Shown in pieces: positions 27,201 to 42,800 of a stretch of DNA of 64,000 nucleotides. Under the pieces are notes generated by a model. The model worked only from the letters and a program-made list of their open reading frames with translations, ran no database searches and was not told the origin of the DNA. The first letter of the stretch is position 1. Every line of letters starts with the position of its first letter. The translations under genes were made by a program, and so were the position numbers. Source of the stretch: Eledone cirrhosa (Eukaryota); NCBI GenBank assembly GCA_964016885.1, contig OZ024740.1, positions 33,170,001 to 33,234,000 of the forward strand, read 5' to 3'.

Positions 27201-29435
27201 ATATTTTAGATAAAAAGTGTTCATCTATATATTCTAGATAGAAAGTGACCATCTATATATTCTAGATAGAAAGTGACCATCTATATATTCTAGATAGAAA
27301 GTGACCATGTATATATTCTAGATAGAAAGTAACCATCTATATATTTTAGATTGAAAATGACCATCTATATATATATTCTAGATAGAAAGTGTTCATATAT
27401 ATATTCTAGATAGAAAGTGTTCATCTATATATCCCAGATAGAAAGTGTTCATCTATATATTCTACATAGAAAGTGTTCATCTATATATTTTAGATAGAAA
27501 GTGTTTATTTATATATTCTAGATAGAAAGTGTTCATCTATATATTCCAGATAGAAAGTGTTCATCTATATATTCTAGATAGAAAGTGACCATCTATATAT
27601 TCTAAATAGAAAGTGTTCATCTATATATTCTAGATAGAAAGTGACTATCTATATATTCTAGATAGAAAATGACAATCTATATATTTCAGATAGAATGTGA
27701 CCATCTATATATTTTAAATAGAAAATGACCATCTATATATTCTAGATAGAAAGTGACCATCTATATATTTTAGATAGAAAGTGACCATCTATATATTTTA
27801 GACAGAAAGTGTTCATCTATATATTCTAGATAGAAAGTGTTCATCTATATATTCTAGATAGAAAGTGACCATCTATATATTCCAGATAGAAAGTGTTCAT
27901 CTATATATTCTAGATAGAAAGTGTTCATCTATATATTCTACATAGAAAGTGTTCATCTATATATTTTAGATAGAAAGTGTTTATTTATATATTCTAGATA
28001 GAAAGTGTTCATCTATATATTCTAGATAGAAAGTGACCATCTATATATTCTAGATAGAATGTATTCAACTATATTTTCTAGATAGAAAGTGACCATCTAT
28101 ATATTCTATATAGAAAGTGACCATTTATATATTTTAGATAGAAAGTGTTCACTTATATATTCTAGATAGAAAATGACCATCTATATATTTTAGATAGAAA
28201 GTGACCATCTATATATTTTAGACAGAAAGTGTTCATCTATATATTCTAGATAGAAAGTGACCATCCATATAATCTAGATAGAAAGTTTTCATATATATAT
28301 TCTAGATAGAAAGTGACCATCTATATATTCCAAATAGAAAGTGTTCATCTATATATTCTACATAGAAAGTGTTCATCTATATATTTTAGATAGAAAGTGT
28401 TTATTTATATATTCTAGATAGAAAGTGTTCATCTATATATTCTAGATAGAAAGTGACCATCTATATATTCTAGATAGAAAATGACAATCTATATATTTCA
28501 GATAGAATGTGACCATCTATATATTTTAAATAGAAAATGACCATCTATATATTCTACATAGAAAGTGACCATCTATATATTTTATATAGAAAGTGACCAT
28601 CTATATATTTTAGACAGAAAGTGTTCATCTATATATTCTAGATAGAAAGTGTTCATCTATATATTCTAGATAGAAAGTGACCATCTATATATTCCAGATA
28701 GAAAGTGTTCATCTATATATTCTAGATAGAAAGTGTTCATCTATATATTCTACATAGAAAGTGTTCATCTATATATTTTAGATAGAAAGTGTTTATTTAT
28801 ATATTCTAGATAGAAAGTGTTCATCTATATATTCTAGATAGAAAGTGACCATCTATATAATCTAGATAGAATGTATTCATCTATATTTTCTAGATAGAAA
28901 GTGACCATCTATATATTCTAGATAGAAAGTGTTCATCTATATATTCTAGATAGAAAGTGACTATCTATATATTCTAGATAGAAAATGACAATCTATATAT
29001 TTCAGACAGAATGTGACCATCTATATATTTTAAATAGAAAATGACCATCTATATATTCTAGATAGAAAGTGACCATCTATATATTTTAGATAGAAAGTGA
29101 CCATCTATATATTTTAGACAGAAAGTGTTCATCTATATATTCTAGATAGAAAGTGTTCATCTATATATTCTAGATAGAAAGTGACCATCTATATATTCCA
29201 GATAGAAAGTGTTCATCTATATATTCTAGATAGAAAGTGTTCATCTATATATTCTACATAGAAAGTGTTCATCTATATATTTTAGATAGAAAGTGTTTAT
29301 TTATATATTCTAGATAGAAAGTGTTCATCTATATATTCTAGATAGAAAGTGACCATCTATATATTCTAGATAGAATGTATTCATCTATATTTTCTAGATA
29401 GAAAGTGACCATCTATATATTCTAGATAGAAAGTG
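23360..29435 (+). repeat. 3028-bp (108-monomer) tandem duplication
   Basis: Markers tctaaata 24573/27601 and atgtattcaa 25031/28059 are offset by 3028 = 108x28+4. The junction is near 26390. Confidence 0.9.
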
Positions 29436-32400
29436 ACCATCTATATATTCTAGATAGAAAGTGACCATCTTTATATTTTAGATAAAAAGTGTTCATCTAT
29501 ATATTCTAGATAGAAAGTGACCATCTATACATTCTAGATAGAGAGTGTTCATCTATATATTCCAGATAGAAAGTGTTCATCTATATATTCTACATAGAAA
29601 GTGTTCATCTATATATTTTAGATAGAAAGTGACCATCTATATATTCTATATAGAAAGTGACCATCTATATATTTTAGATAGAAAGTGTTCATCTATATAT
29701 TCTAGATAGAAAATGACCATCTATATATTTTAGATAGAAAGTGACCATCTATATATTTTAGACAGAAAGTGACCATCTATATATTCTAGATAGAAAGTGA
29801 CCATCTATATATTCTAGATAGAAAGTGACCATGTATATATTCTTGATAGAAAGTAACCATCTATATATTTTAGATTGAAAATGACCATCTATATATATAT
29901 TCTAGATAGAAAGTGTTCATATATATATTCTAGATAGAAAGTGTTCATCTATATATTCCAGATAGAAAGTGTTCATCTATATATTCTACATAGAAAGTGT
30001 TCATCTATATATTTTAGATAGAAAGTGTTCATCTATATATTCTAGATAGAAAGTGATCATCTATATATTTTAGATAGAAAGTGACCATCTATATATTTTA
30101 GATAGAAAGTGTTCATCTATATATTCTAGATAGAAAGTGACCATCTATACATTCTAGATAGAGAGTGTTCATCTATATATTCTAGATAGAAAGTGTTCAT
30201 CTATATATTCCAGATAGAAAGTGTTCATCTATATATTCTAGATAGAAAGTGACCATCTATATATTTTAGATAGAAAGTGACCATCTATATATTCTAGATA
30301 GAAAGTGACCATCTATATATTCTAGATAGAAAGTAACCATCTATATATTTTAGATAGAAAATGACCATCTATATATATATTCTAGATAGAAAGTGTTCAT
30401 ATATATATTCTAGATAGAAAGTGTTCATCTATATATCCCAGATAGAAAGTGTTCATCTATATATTCTACATAGAAAGTGTTCATCTATATATTTTAGATA
30501 GAAAGTGTTTATTTATATATTCTAGATAGAAAGTGTTCATCTATATATTCCAGATAGAAAGTGTTCATCTATATATTCTAGATAGAAAGTGACCATCTAT
30601 ATATTCTAGATAGAAAGTGACCATCTATATATTCTAGATAGAAAGTGACCATGTATATATTCTAGATAGAAAGTAACCATCTATATATTTTAGATTGAAA
30701 ATGACCATCTATTTATATATTCTAGATAGAAAGTGTTCATATATATATTCTAAATAGAAAGTGTTCATCTATATATTCCAGATAGAAAGTGTTCATCTAT
30801 ACATTCTAGATAGAAAGTGTTCATCTATATATTTTAGATAGAAAGTGTTTATTTATATATTCTAGATAGAATGTGACCATCTATATATTTTAGATAGAAA
30901 GTGTTCATCTATATAATCTAGATAGAAAGTGTTCATCTATATATTCTAGATAGAAAGTGACCATCTATATATTCTAGATAGAAAGTGACCATGTATATAT
31001 TCTAGATAGAAAGTAACCATCTATATATTTTAGATTGAAAATGACCATCTATATATATATTCTAGATAGAAAGTGTTCATATATATATTCTAGATAGAAA
31101 GTGTTCATCTATATATTCCAGATAAAAAGTGTTCATCTATATATTCTACATAGAAAGCGTTCATCTATATATTTTAGATAAAAGTGACCATCTATATATT
31201 TTAGATAAAAAGTGACCATCTATATATTTTAGATAGAAAGTGTTCATCTATATAATCTAGATAGAAAGTGTTCATCTATATATTTTAGATAGAAAGTGAC
31301 CATGTATATATTCTAGATAGAAAGTGACCATGTATATATTCTAGATAGAAAGTAACCATCTATATATTTTAGATTGAAAATGACCATCTATATATATATT
31401 CTAGATAGAAAGTGTTCATATATATAGTCTAGATAGAAAGTGTTCATCTATATATTCCAGATAAAAAGTGTTCATCTATATATTCTACATAGAAAGTGTT
31501 CATCTATATATTTTAGATAGAAAGTGTTTATTTATATATTCTAGATAGAAAGTGTTCATCTATATATTTTAGATAGAAAGTGACCATCTATATATTCTAT
31601 ATAGAAAGTGACATCTATATATTTTAGATAGAAAGTGTTCATCTATATATTCTAGATAGAAAATGACCATCTATATATTTTAGATAGAAAGTGACCATCT
31701 ATATATTTTAGACAGAAAGTGTTCATCTATATATTCTAGATAGAAAGTGACCATCTATATATTCTAGATAGAAAATGACCATCTATATATTTTAGATAGA
31801 AAGTGTTCATCTATATATTCTAGATAGAAAGTGACCATCTATATATTCTAGATAGAAAGTGTTCATCTATATATTCTAGATAGAAAGTGACTATCTATAT
31901 ATTCTAGATAGAAAATGACAATCTATATATTTCAGATAGAATGTGACCATCTATATATTTTAAATAGAAAATGACCATCTATATATTCTAGATAGAAAGT
32001 GACCATCTATATATTTTAGATAGAAAGTGACCATCTATATATTTTAGACAGAAAGTGTTCATCTATATATTCTAGATAGAAAGTGTTCATCTATATATTC
32101 TAGATAGAAAGTGACCATCTATATATTCTAGATAGAATGTATTCATCTATATTTTCTAGATAGAAAGTGACCATCTATATATTCTATATAGAAAGTGACC
32201 ATTTATATATTTTAGATAGAAAGTGTTCATTTATATATTCTAGATAGAAAATGACCATCTATATATTTTAGATAGAAAGTGACCATCTATATATTTTAGA
32301 CAGAAAGTGTTCATCTATATATTCTAGATAGAAAGTGTTCATCTATATATTCTAGATAGAAAGTGACCATCCATATAATCTAGATAGAAAGTTTTCATAT

Positions 32401-33889
32401 ATATATTCTAGATAGAAAGTGACCATCTATATATTCCAGATAGAAAGTGTTCATATATATATTCTAGATAGAAAGTGTTCATCTATATATTCCAGATAGA
32501 AAGTGTTCATCTATATATTCTACATAGAAAGTGTTCATCTATATATTTTAGATAGAAAGTGTTCATCTATATATTTTAGACAGAAAGTGACCATCTATAT
32601 ATTCTAGATAGAAAGTGACCATCTATATATTCTAGATAGAAAGTGACCATGTATATATTCTTGATAGAAAGTAACCATCTATATATTTTAGATTGAAAAT
32701 GACCATCTATATATATATTCTAGATAGAAAGTGTTCATATATATATTCTAGATAGAAAGTGTTCATCTATATATTCCAGATAGAAAGTGTTCATCTATAT
32801 ATTCTACATAGAAAGTGTTCATCTATATATTTTAGATAGAAAGTGTTCATCTATATATTCTAGATAGAAAGTGATCATCTATATATTTTAGATAGAAAGT
32901 GACCATCTATATATTTTAGATAGAAAGTGTTCATCTATATATTCTAGATAGAAAGTGACCATCTATACATTCTAGATAGAGAGTGTTCATCTATATATTC
33001 TAGATAGAAAGTGTTCATCTATATATTCCAGATAGAAAGTGTTCATCTATATATTCTAGATAGAAAGTGACCATCTATATATTTTAGATAGAAAGTGACC
33101 ATCTATATATTCTAGATAGAAAGTGACCATCTATATATTCTAGATAGAAAGTAACCATCTATATATTTTAGATAGAAAATGACCATCTATATATATATTC
33201 TAGATAGAAAGTGTTCATATATATATTCTAGATAGAAAGTGTTCATCTATATATCCCAGATAGAAAGTGTTCATCTATATATTCTACATAGAAAGTGTTC
33301 ATCTATATATTTTAGATAGAAAGTGTTTATTTATATATTCTAGATAGAAAGTGTTCATCTATATATTCCAGATAGAAAGTGTTCATCTATATATTCTAGA
33401 TAGAAAGTGACCATCTATATATTCTAGTTAGAAAGTGACCATCTATATATTTTAGACAGAAAGTGTTCATCTATATATTCTAGATAGAAAGTGACCATCT
33501 ATATATTCTAGATAGAAAATGACCATCTATATATTTTAGATAGAAAGTGTTCATCTATATATTCTAGATAGAAAGTGACCATCTATATATTCTAGATAGA
33601 AAGTGTTCATCTATATATTCTAGATAGAAAGTGACCATCTATATATTTTAGATAGAAAGTGTTCATCTATATATTCTAGATAGAAAGTGACCATCTATAT
33701 ATTCTAGATAGAAAGTGTTCATCTATATATTCTAGATAGAAAGTGACTATCTATATATTCTAGATAGAAAATGACAATCTATATATTTCAGATAGAATGT
33801 GACCATCTATATATTTTAAATAGAAAATGACCATCTATATATTCTATATAGAAAGTGACATCTATATATTTTAGATAGAAAGTGTTCAT

Positions 33890-36800
33890 CTATATATTCT
33901 AGATAGAAAATGACCATCTATATATTTTAGATAGAAAGTGACCATCTATATATTTTAGACAGAAAGTGTTCATCTATATATTCTAGATAGAAAGTGACCA
34001 TCTATATATTCTAGATAGAAAATGACCATCTATATATTTTAGATAGAAAGTGTTCATCTATATATTCTAGATAGAAAGTGACCATCTATATATTCTAGAT
34101 AGAAAGTGTTCATCTATATATTCTAGATAGAAAGTGACTATCTATATATTCTAGATAGAAAATGACAATCTATATATTTCAGATAGAATGTGACCATCTA
34201 TATATTTTAAATAGAAAATGACCATCTATATATTCTAGATAGAAAGTGACCATCTATATATTTTAGATAGAAAGTGACCATCTATATATTTTAGACAGAA
34301 AGTGTTCATCTATATATTCTAGATAGAAAGTGTTCATCTATATATTCTAGATAGAAAGTGACCATCTATATATTCCAGATAGAAAGTGTTCATCTATATA
34401 TTCTAGATAGAAAGTGTTCGTCTATATATTCTACATAGAAAGTGTTCATCTATATATTTTAGATAGAAAGTGTTTATTTATATATTCTAGATAGAAAGTG
34501 TTCATCTATATATTCTAGATAGAAAGTGACCATCTATATATTCTAGATAGAAAGTGTTCATCTATATATTCTACATAGAAAGTGTTCATCTATATATTTT
34601 AGATAGAAAGTGTTTATTTATATATTCTAGATAGAAAGTGTTCATCTATATATTCTAGATAGAAAGTGACCATCTATATATTCTAGATAGAAAGTGTTAA
34701 TCTATATATTCTAGATAGAAAGTGACCATCTATATATTCTAGATAGAATGTATTCATCTATATTTTCTATATAGAAAGTGACCATCTATATATTCTATAT
34801 AGAAAGTGACCATTTATATATTTTAGATAGAAAGTGTTCATTTATATATTCTAGATAGAAAATGACCATCTATATATTTTAGATAGAAAGTGACCATCTA
34901 TATATTTTAGACAGAAAGTGTTCATCTATATATTCTAGATAGAAAGTGTTCATCTATATATTCTAGATAGAAAGTGACCATCCATATAATCTAGATAGAA
35001 AGTTTTCATATATATATTCTAGATAGAAAGTGACCATCTATATATTCCAGATAGAAAGTGTTCATATATATCTTCTAGATAGAAAGTGTTCATCTATATA
35101 TTCCAGATAGAAAGTGTTCATCTATATATTCTACATAGAAAGTGTTCATCTATATATTTTAGATAGAAAGTGTTTATTTATATATTCTAGATAGAATGTG
35201 ACCATCTATATATTCAAGATAGAAAGTGTTCATCTATATATTTTAGATAGAAAGTGACCATCTAATTATTCTATATAGAAAGTGACCATCTATATATTTT
35301 AGATAGAAAGTGTTCATCTATATATTCTAGATAGAAAATGACCATCTATATATTTTAGATAGAAAGTGACCATCTATATATTTTAGACAGAAAGTGTTCA
35401 TCTATATATTCTAGATAGAAAGTGACCATCCATATAATCTAGATAGAAAGTTTTCATTTATATATTCCAGATAGAAAGTGACCATCTATATATTTTAGAT
35501 AGAAAGTGTTCATCTATATATTCTAGAGAGAAAGTGTTCATCTATATATTTTAGATAGAAAGTGACCATCTATATATTTTAGATAAAAAGTGACCATCTA
35601 TATATTTTAGATAGAAAGTGTTCATCTATATAATCTAGATAGAAAGTGTTCATCTATATATTCTAGATAGAAAGTGACCATGTATATATTCTAGATAGAA
35701 AGTGACCATGTATATATTCTAGATAGAAAGTAACCATCTATATATTTTAGATTGAAAATGACCATCTATATATTTTAGATTGAAAATGACCATCTATATA
35801 TATATTCTAGATAGAAAGTGTTCATATATATATTCTAGATAGAAAGTGTTCATCTATATATTCCAGATAAAAAGTGTTCATCTATATATTCTACATAGAA
35901 AGTGTTCATCTATATATTTTAGATAGAAAGTGTTCATCTATATATTCTAGATAGAAAGTGATCATCTATATATTTTAGATAGAAAGTGACCATCTATATA
36001 TTTTGGATAGAAAGTGTTCATCTATATACTCTAGATAGAAAGTGACCATCTATACATTCTAGATAGAGAGTGTTCATCTATATATTCTAGATAGAAAGTG
36101 TTCATCTATATATTCCAGATAGAAAGTGACATCTATATATTTTAGATAGAAAGTGTTCATCTATATATTCTAGATAGAAAATGACCATCTATATATTCTA
36201 GATAGAAAGTGACCATCTATATATTTTAGATAGAAAGTGACCATCTATATATTTTAGACAGAAAGTGTTCATCTATATATTCTAGATAGAAAGTGACCAT
36301 CTATACTATATATTCTAGATAGAAAATGACCATCTATATATTTTAGATAGAAAGTGTTCATCTATATATTCTAGATAGAAAGTGACCATCTATATATTCT
36401 AGATAGAAAGTGTTCATCTATATATTCTAGATAGAAAGTGACTATCTATATATTCTAGATAGAAAATGACAATCTATATATTTCAGATAGAATGTGACCA
36501 TCTATATATTTTAAATAGAAAATGACCATCTATATATTCTAGATAGAAAGTGACCATCTATATATTTTAGATAGAAAGTGACCATCTATATATTTTAGAC
36601 AGAAAGTGTTCATCTATATATTCTAGATAGAAAGTGTTCATCTAAATATTCTAGATAGAAAGTGACCATCTATATATTCCAGATAGAAAGTGTTCATCTA
36701 TATATTCTAGATAGAAAGTGTTCATCTATATATTCTACATAGAAAGTGTTCATCTATATATTTTAGATAGAAAGTGTTTATTTATATATTCTAGATAGAA

Positions 36801-39800
36801 AGTGTTCATCTATATATTCTAGATAGAAAGTGACCATCTATATATTCTAGATAGAATGTATTCATCTATATTTTCTAGATAGAAAGTGACCATCTATATA
36901 TTCTAGATAGAAAGTGTTCATCTATATATTCTAGATAGAAAGTGACTATCTATATATTCTAGATAGAAAATGACAATCTATATATTTCAGATAGAATGTG
37001 ACCATCTATATATTTTAAATAGAACATGACCATCTATATATTCTAGATAGAAAGTGACCATCTATATATTTTAGATAGAAAGTGACCATCTATATATTTT
37101 AGACAGAAAGTGTTCATCTATATATTCTAGATAGAAAGTGACCATCCATATAATCTAGATAGAAAGTTTTCATATATATATTCTAGATAGAAAGTGACCA
37201 TCTATATATTCCAAATAGAAAGTGTTCATCTATATATTCTAGATAGAAAGTGTTCATCTATATATTCTACATAGAAAGTGTTCATCTATATATTTTAGAT
37301 AGAAAGTGTTTATTTATATATTCTAGATAGAAAGTGTTCATCTATATATTCTAGATAGAAAGTGACCATCTATATATTCTAGATAGAAAATGACAATCTA
37401 TATATTTCAGATAGAATGTGACCATCTATATATTTTAAATAGAAAATGACCATCTATACATTCTACATAGAAAGTGACCATCTATATATTTTATATAGAA
37501 AGTGACCATCTATATATTTTAGACAGAAAGTGTTCATCTATATATTCTAGATAGAAAGTGTTCATCTATATATTCTAGATAGAAAGTGACCATCTATATA
37601 TTCCAGATAGAAAGTGTTCATCTATATATTCTAGATAGAAAGTGTTCATCTATATATTCTACATAGAAAGTGTTCATCTATATATTTTAGATAGAAAGTG
37701 TTTATTTATATATTCTAGATAGAAAGTGTTCATCTATATATTCTAGATAGAAAGTGACCATCTATATAATCTAGATAGAATGTATTCATCTATATTTTCT
37801 AGATAGAAAGTGACCATCTATATATTCTAGATAGAAAGTGTTCATCTATATATTCTAGATAGAAAGTGACTATCTATATATTCTAGATAGAAAATGACAA
37901 TCTATATATTTCAGACAGAATGTGACCATCTATATATTTTAAATAGAAAATGACCATCTATATTTTCTAGATAGAAAGTGACCATCTATATATTTTAGAT
38001 AGAAAGTGACCATCTATATATTTTAGACAGAAAGTGTTCATCTATATATTCTAGATAGAAAGTGTTCATCTATATATTCTAGATAGAAAGTGACCATCTA
38101 TATATTCCAGATAGAAAGTGTTCATCTATATATTCTAGATAGAAAGTGTTCATCTATATATTCTACATAGAAAGTGTTCATCTATATATTTTAGATAGAA
38201 AGTGTTTATTTATATATTCTAGATAGAAAGTGTTCATCTATATATTCTAGATAGAAAGTGACCATCTATATATTCTAGATAGAATGTATTCATCTATATT
38301 TTCTAGATAGAAAGTGACCATCTATATATTCTAGATAGAAAGTGACCATCTATATATTCTAGATAGAAAGTGACCATCTTTATATTTTAGATAAAAAGTG
38401 TTCATCTATATATTCTAGATAGAAAGTGACCATCTATACATTCTAGATAGAGAGTGTTCATCTATATATTCTAGATAGAAAGTGTTCATCTATATATTCC
38501 AGATAGAAAGTGTTCATCTATATATTCTAGATAGAAAGTGACCATCTATATATTCTAGATAGAAAGTGACCATCTATATATTCTAGATAGAAAGTGACCA
38601 TGTATATATTCTAGATAGAAAGTAACCATCTATATATTTTAGATTGAAAATGACCATCTATATATATATTCTAGATAGAAAGTGTTCACATATATATTCT
38701 AGATAGAAAGTGTTCATCTATATATCCCAGATAGAAAGTGTTCATCTATATATTCTACATAGAAAGTGTTCATCTATATATTTTAGATAGAAAGTGTTTA
38801 TTTATATATTCTAGATAGAAAGTGTTCATATATATATTCCAGATAGAAAGTGTTCATCTATATATTCTAGATAGAAAGTGACCATCTATATATTCTAGAT
38901 AGAAAGTGTTCATCTATATATTCTAGATAGAAAGTGACTATCTATATATTCTAGATAGAAAATGACAATCTATATATTTCAGATAGAATGTGACCATCTA
39001 TATATTTTAAATAGAAAATGACCATCTATATATTCTAGATAGAAAGTGACCGTCTATATATTCTAGATAGAAAATGACCATCTATATATTTTAGATAGAA
39101 AGTGACCATCTATATATTTTAGACAGAAAGTGTTCATCTATATATTCTAGATAGAAAGTGACCATCTATATATTCTAGATAGAAAATGACCATCTATATA
39201 TTTTAGATAGAAAGTGTTCATCTATATATTCTAGATAGAAAGTGACCATCTATATATTCTAGATAGAAAGTGTTCATCTATATATTCTAGATAGAAAGTG
39301 ACTATCTATATATTCTAGATAGAAAATGACAATCTATATATTTCAGATAGAATGTGACCATCTATATATTTTAAATAGAAAATGACCATCTATATATTCT
39401 AGATAGAAAGTGACCCTCTATATATTTTAGATAGAAAGTGACCATCTATATATTTTAGACAGAAAGTGTTCATCTATATATTCTAGATAGAAAGTGTTCA
39501 TCTATATATTCTAGATAGAAAGTGACCATCTATATATTCCAGATAGAAAGTGTTCATCTATATATTCTAGATAGAAAGTGTTCGTCTATATATTCTACAT
39601 AGAAAGTGTTCATCTATATATTTTAGATAGAAAGTGTTTATTTATATATTCTAGATAGAAAGTGTTCATCTATATATTCTAGATAGAAAGTGACCATCTA
39701 TATATTCTAGATAGAAAGTGTTCATCTATATATTCTACATAGAAAGTGTTCATCTATATATTTTAGATAGAAAGTGTTTATTTATATATTCTAGATAGAA

Positions 39801-42800
39801 AGTGTTCATCTATATATTCTAGATAGAAAGTGACCATCTATATATTCTAGATAGAAAGTGTTAATCTATATATTCTAGATAGAAAGTGACCATCTATATA
39901 TTCTAGATAGAATGTATTCATCTATATTTTCTATATAGAAAGTGACCATCTATATATTCTATATAGAAAGTGACCATTTATATATTTTAGATAGAAAGTG
40001 TTCATTTATATATTCTAGATAGAAAATGACCATCTATATATTTTAGATAGAAAGTGACCATCTATATATTTTAGACAGAAAGTGTTCATCTATATATTCT
40101 AGATAGAAAGTGTTCATCTATATATTCTAGATAGAAAGTGACCATCCATATAATCTAGATAGAAAGTTTTCATATATATATTCTAGATAGAAAGTGACCA
40201 TCTATATATTCCAGATAGAAAGTGTTCATATATATCTTCTAGATAGAAAGTGTTCATCTATATATTCCAGATAGAAAGTGTTCATCTATATATTCTACAT
40301 AGAAAGTGTTCATCTATATATTTTAGATAGAAAGTGTTTATTTATATATTCTAGATAGAATGTGACCATCTATATATTCAAGATAGAAAGTGTTCATCTA
40401 TATATTTTAGATAGAAAGTGACCATCTAATTATTCTATATAGAAAGTGACCATCTATATATTTTAGATAGAAAGTGTTCATCTATATATTCTAGATAGAA
40501 AATGACCATCTATATATTTTAGATAGAAAGTGACCATCTATATATTTTAGACAGAAAGTGTTCATCTATATATTCTAGATAGAAAGTGACCATCCATATA
40601 ATCTAGATAGAAAGTTTTCATTTATATATTCCAGATAGAAAGTGACCATCTATATATTTTAGATAGAAAGTGTTCATCTATATATTCTAGAGAGAAAGTG
40701 TTCATCTATATATTTTAGATAGAAAGTGACCATCTATATATTTTAGATAAAAAGTGACCATCTATATATTTTAGATAGAAAGTGTTCATCTATATAATCT
40801 AGATAGAAAGTGTTCATCTATATATTCTAGATAGAAAGTGACCATGTATATATTCTAGATAGAAAGTGACCATGTATATATTCTAGATAGAAAGTAACCA
40901 TCTATATATTTTAGATTGAAAATGACCATCTATATATTTTAGATTGAAAATGACCATCTATATATATATTCTAGATAGAAAGTGTTCATATATATATTCT
41001 AGATAGAAAGTGTTCATCTATATATTCCAGATAAAAAGTGTTCATCTATATATTCTACATAGAAAGTGTTCATCTATATATTTTAGATAGAAAGTGTTCA
41101 TCTATATATTCTAGATAGAAAGTGATCATCTATATATTTTAGATAGAAAGTGACCATCTATATATTTTAGATAGAAAGTGTTCATCTATATACTCTAGAT
41201 AGAAAGTGACCATCTATACATTCTAGATAGAGAGTGTTCATCTATATATTCTAGATAGAAAGTGTTCATCTATATATTCCAGATAGAAAGTGACATCTAT
41301 ATATTTTAGATAGAAAGTGTTCATCTATATATTCTAGATAGAAAATGACCATCTATATATTCTAGATAGAAAGTGACCATCTATATATTTTAGATAGAAA
41401 GTGACCATCTATATATTTTAGACAGAAAGTGTTCATCTATATATTCTAGATAGAAAGTGACCATCTATACTATATATTCTAGATAGAAAATGACCATCTA
41501 TATATTTTAGATAGAAAGTGTTCATCTATATATTCTAGATAGAAAGTGACCATCTATATATTCTAGATAGAAAGTGTTCATCTATATATTCTAGATAGAA
41601 AGTGACTATCTATATATTCTAGATAGAAAATGACAATCTATATATTTCAGATAGAATGTGACCATCTATATATTTTAAATAGAAAATGACCATCTATATA
41701 TTCTAGATAGAAAGTGACCATCTATATATTTTAGATAGAAAGTGACCATCTATATATTTTAGACAGAAAGTGTTCATCTATATATTCTAGATAGAAAGTG
41801 TTCATCTAAATATTCTAGATAGAAAGTGACCATCTATATATTCCAGATAGAAAGTGTTCATCTATATATTCTAGATAGAAAGTGTTCATCTATATATTCT
41901 ACATAGAAAGTGTTCATCTATATATTTTAGATAGAAAGTGTTTATTTATATATTCTAGATAGAAAGTGTTCATCTATATATTCTAGATAGAAAGTGACCA
42001 TCTATATATTCTAGATAGAATGTATTCATCTATATTTTCTAGATAGAAAGTGACCATCTATATATTCTAGATAGAAAGTGTTCATCTATATATTCTAGAT
42101 AGAAAGTGACTATCTATATATTCTAGATAGAAAATGACAATCTATATATTTCAGATAGAATGTGACCATCTATATATTTTAAATAGAACATGACCATCTA
42201 TATATTCTAGATAGAAAGTGACCATCTATATATTTTAGATAGAAAGTGACCATCTATATATTTTAGACAGAAAGTGTTCATCTATATATTCTAGATAGAA
42301 AGTGACCATCCATATAATCTAGATAGAAAGTTTTCATATATATATTCTAGATAGAAAGTGACCATCTATATATTCCAAATAGAAAGTGTTCATCTATATA
42401 TTCTAGATAGAAAGTGTTCATCTATATATTCTACATAGAAAGTGTTCATCTATATATTTTAGATAGAAAGTGTTTATTTATATATTCTAGATAGAAAGTG
42501 TTCATCTATATATTCTAGATAGAAAGTGACCATCTATATATTCTAGATAGAAAATGACAATCTATATATTTCAGATAGAATGTGACCATCTATATATTTT
42601 AAATAGAAAATGACCATCTATACATTCTACATAGAAAGTGACCATCTATATATTTTATATAGAAAGTGACCATCTATATATTTTAGACAGAAAGTGTTCA
42701 TCTATATATTCTAGATAGAAAGTGTTCATCTATATATTCTAGATAGAAAGTGACCATCTATATATTCCAGATAGAAAGTGTTCATCTATATATTCTAGAT

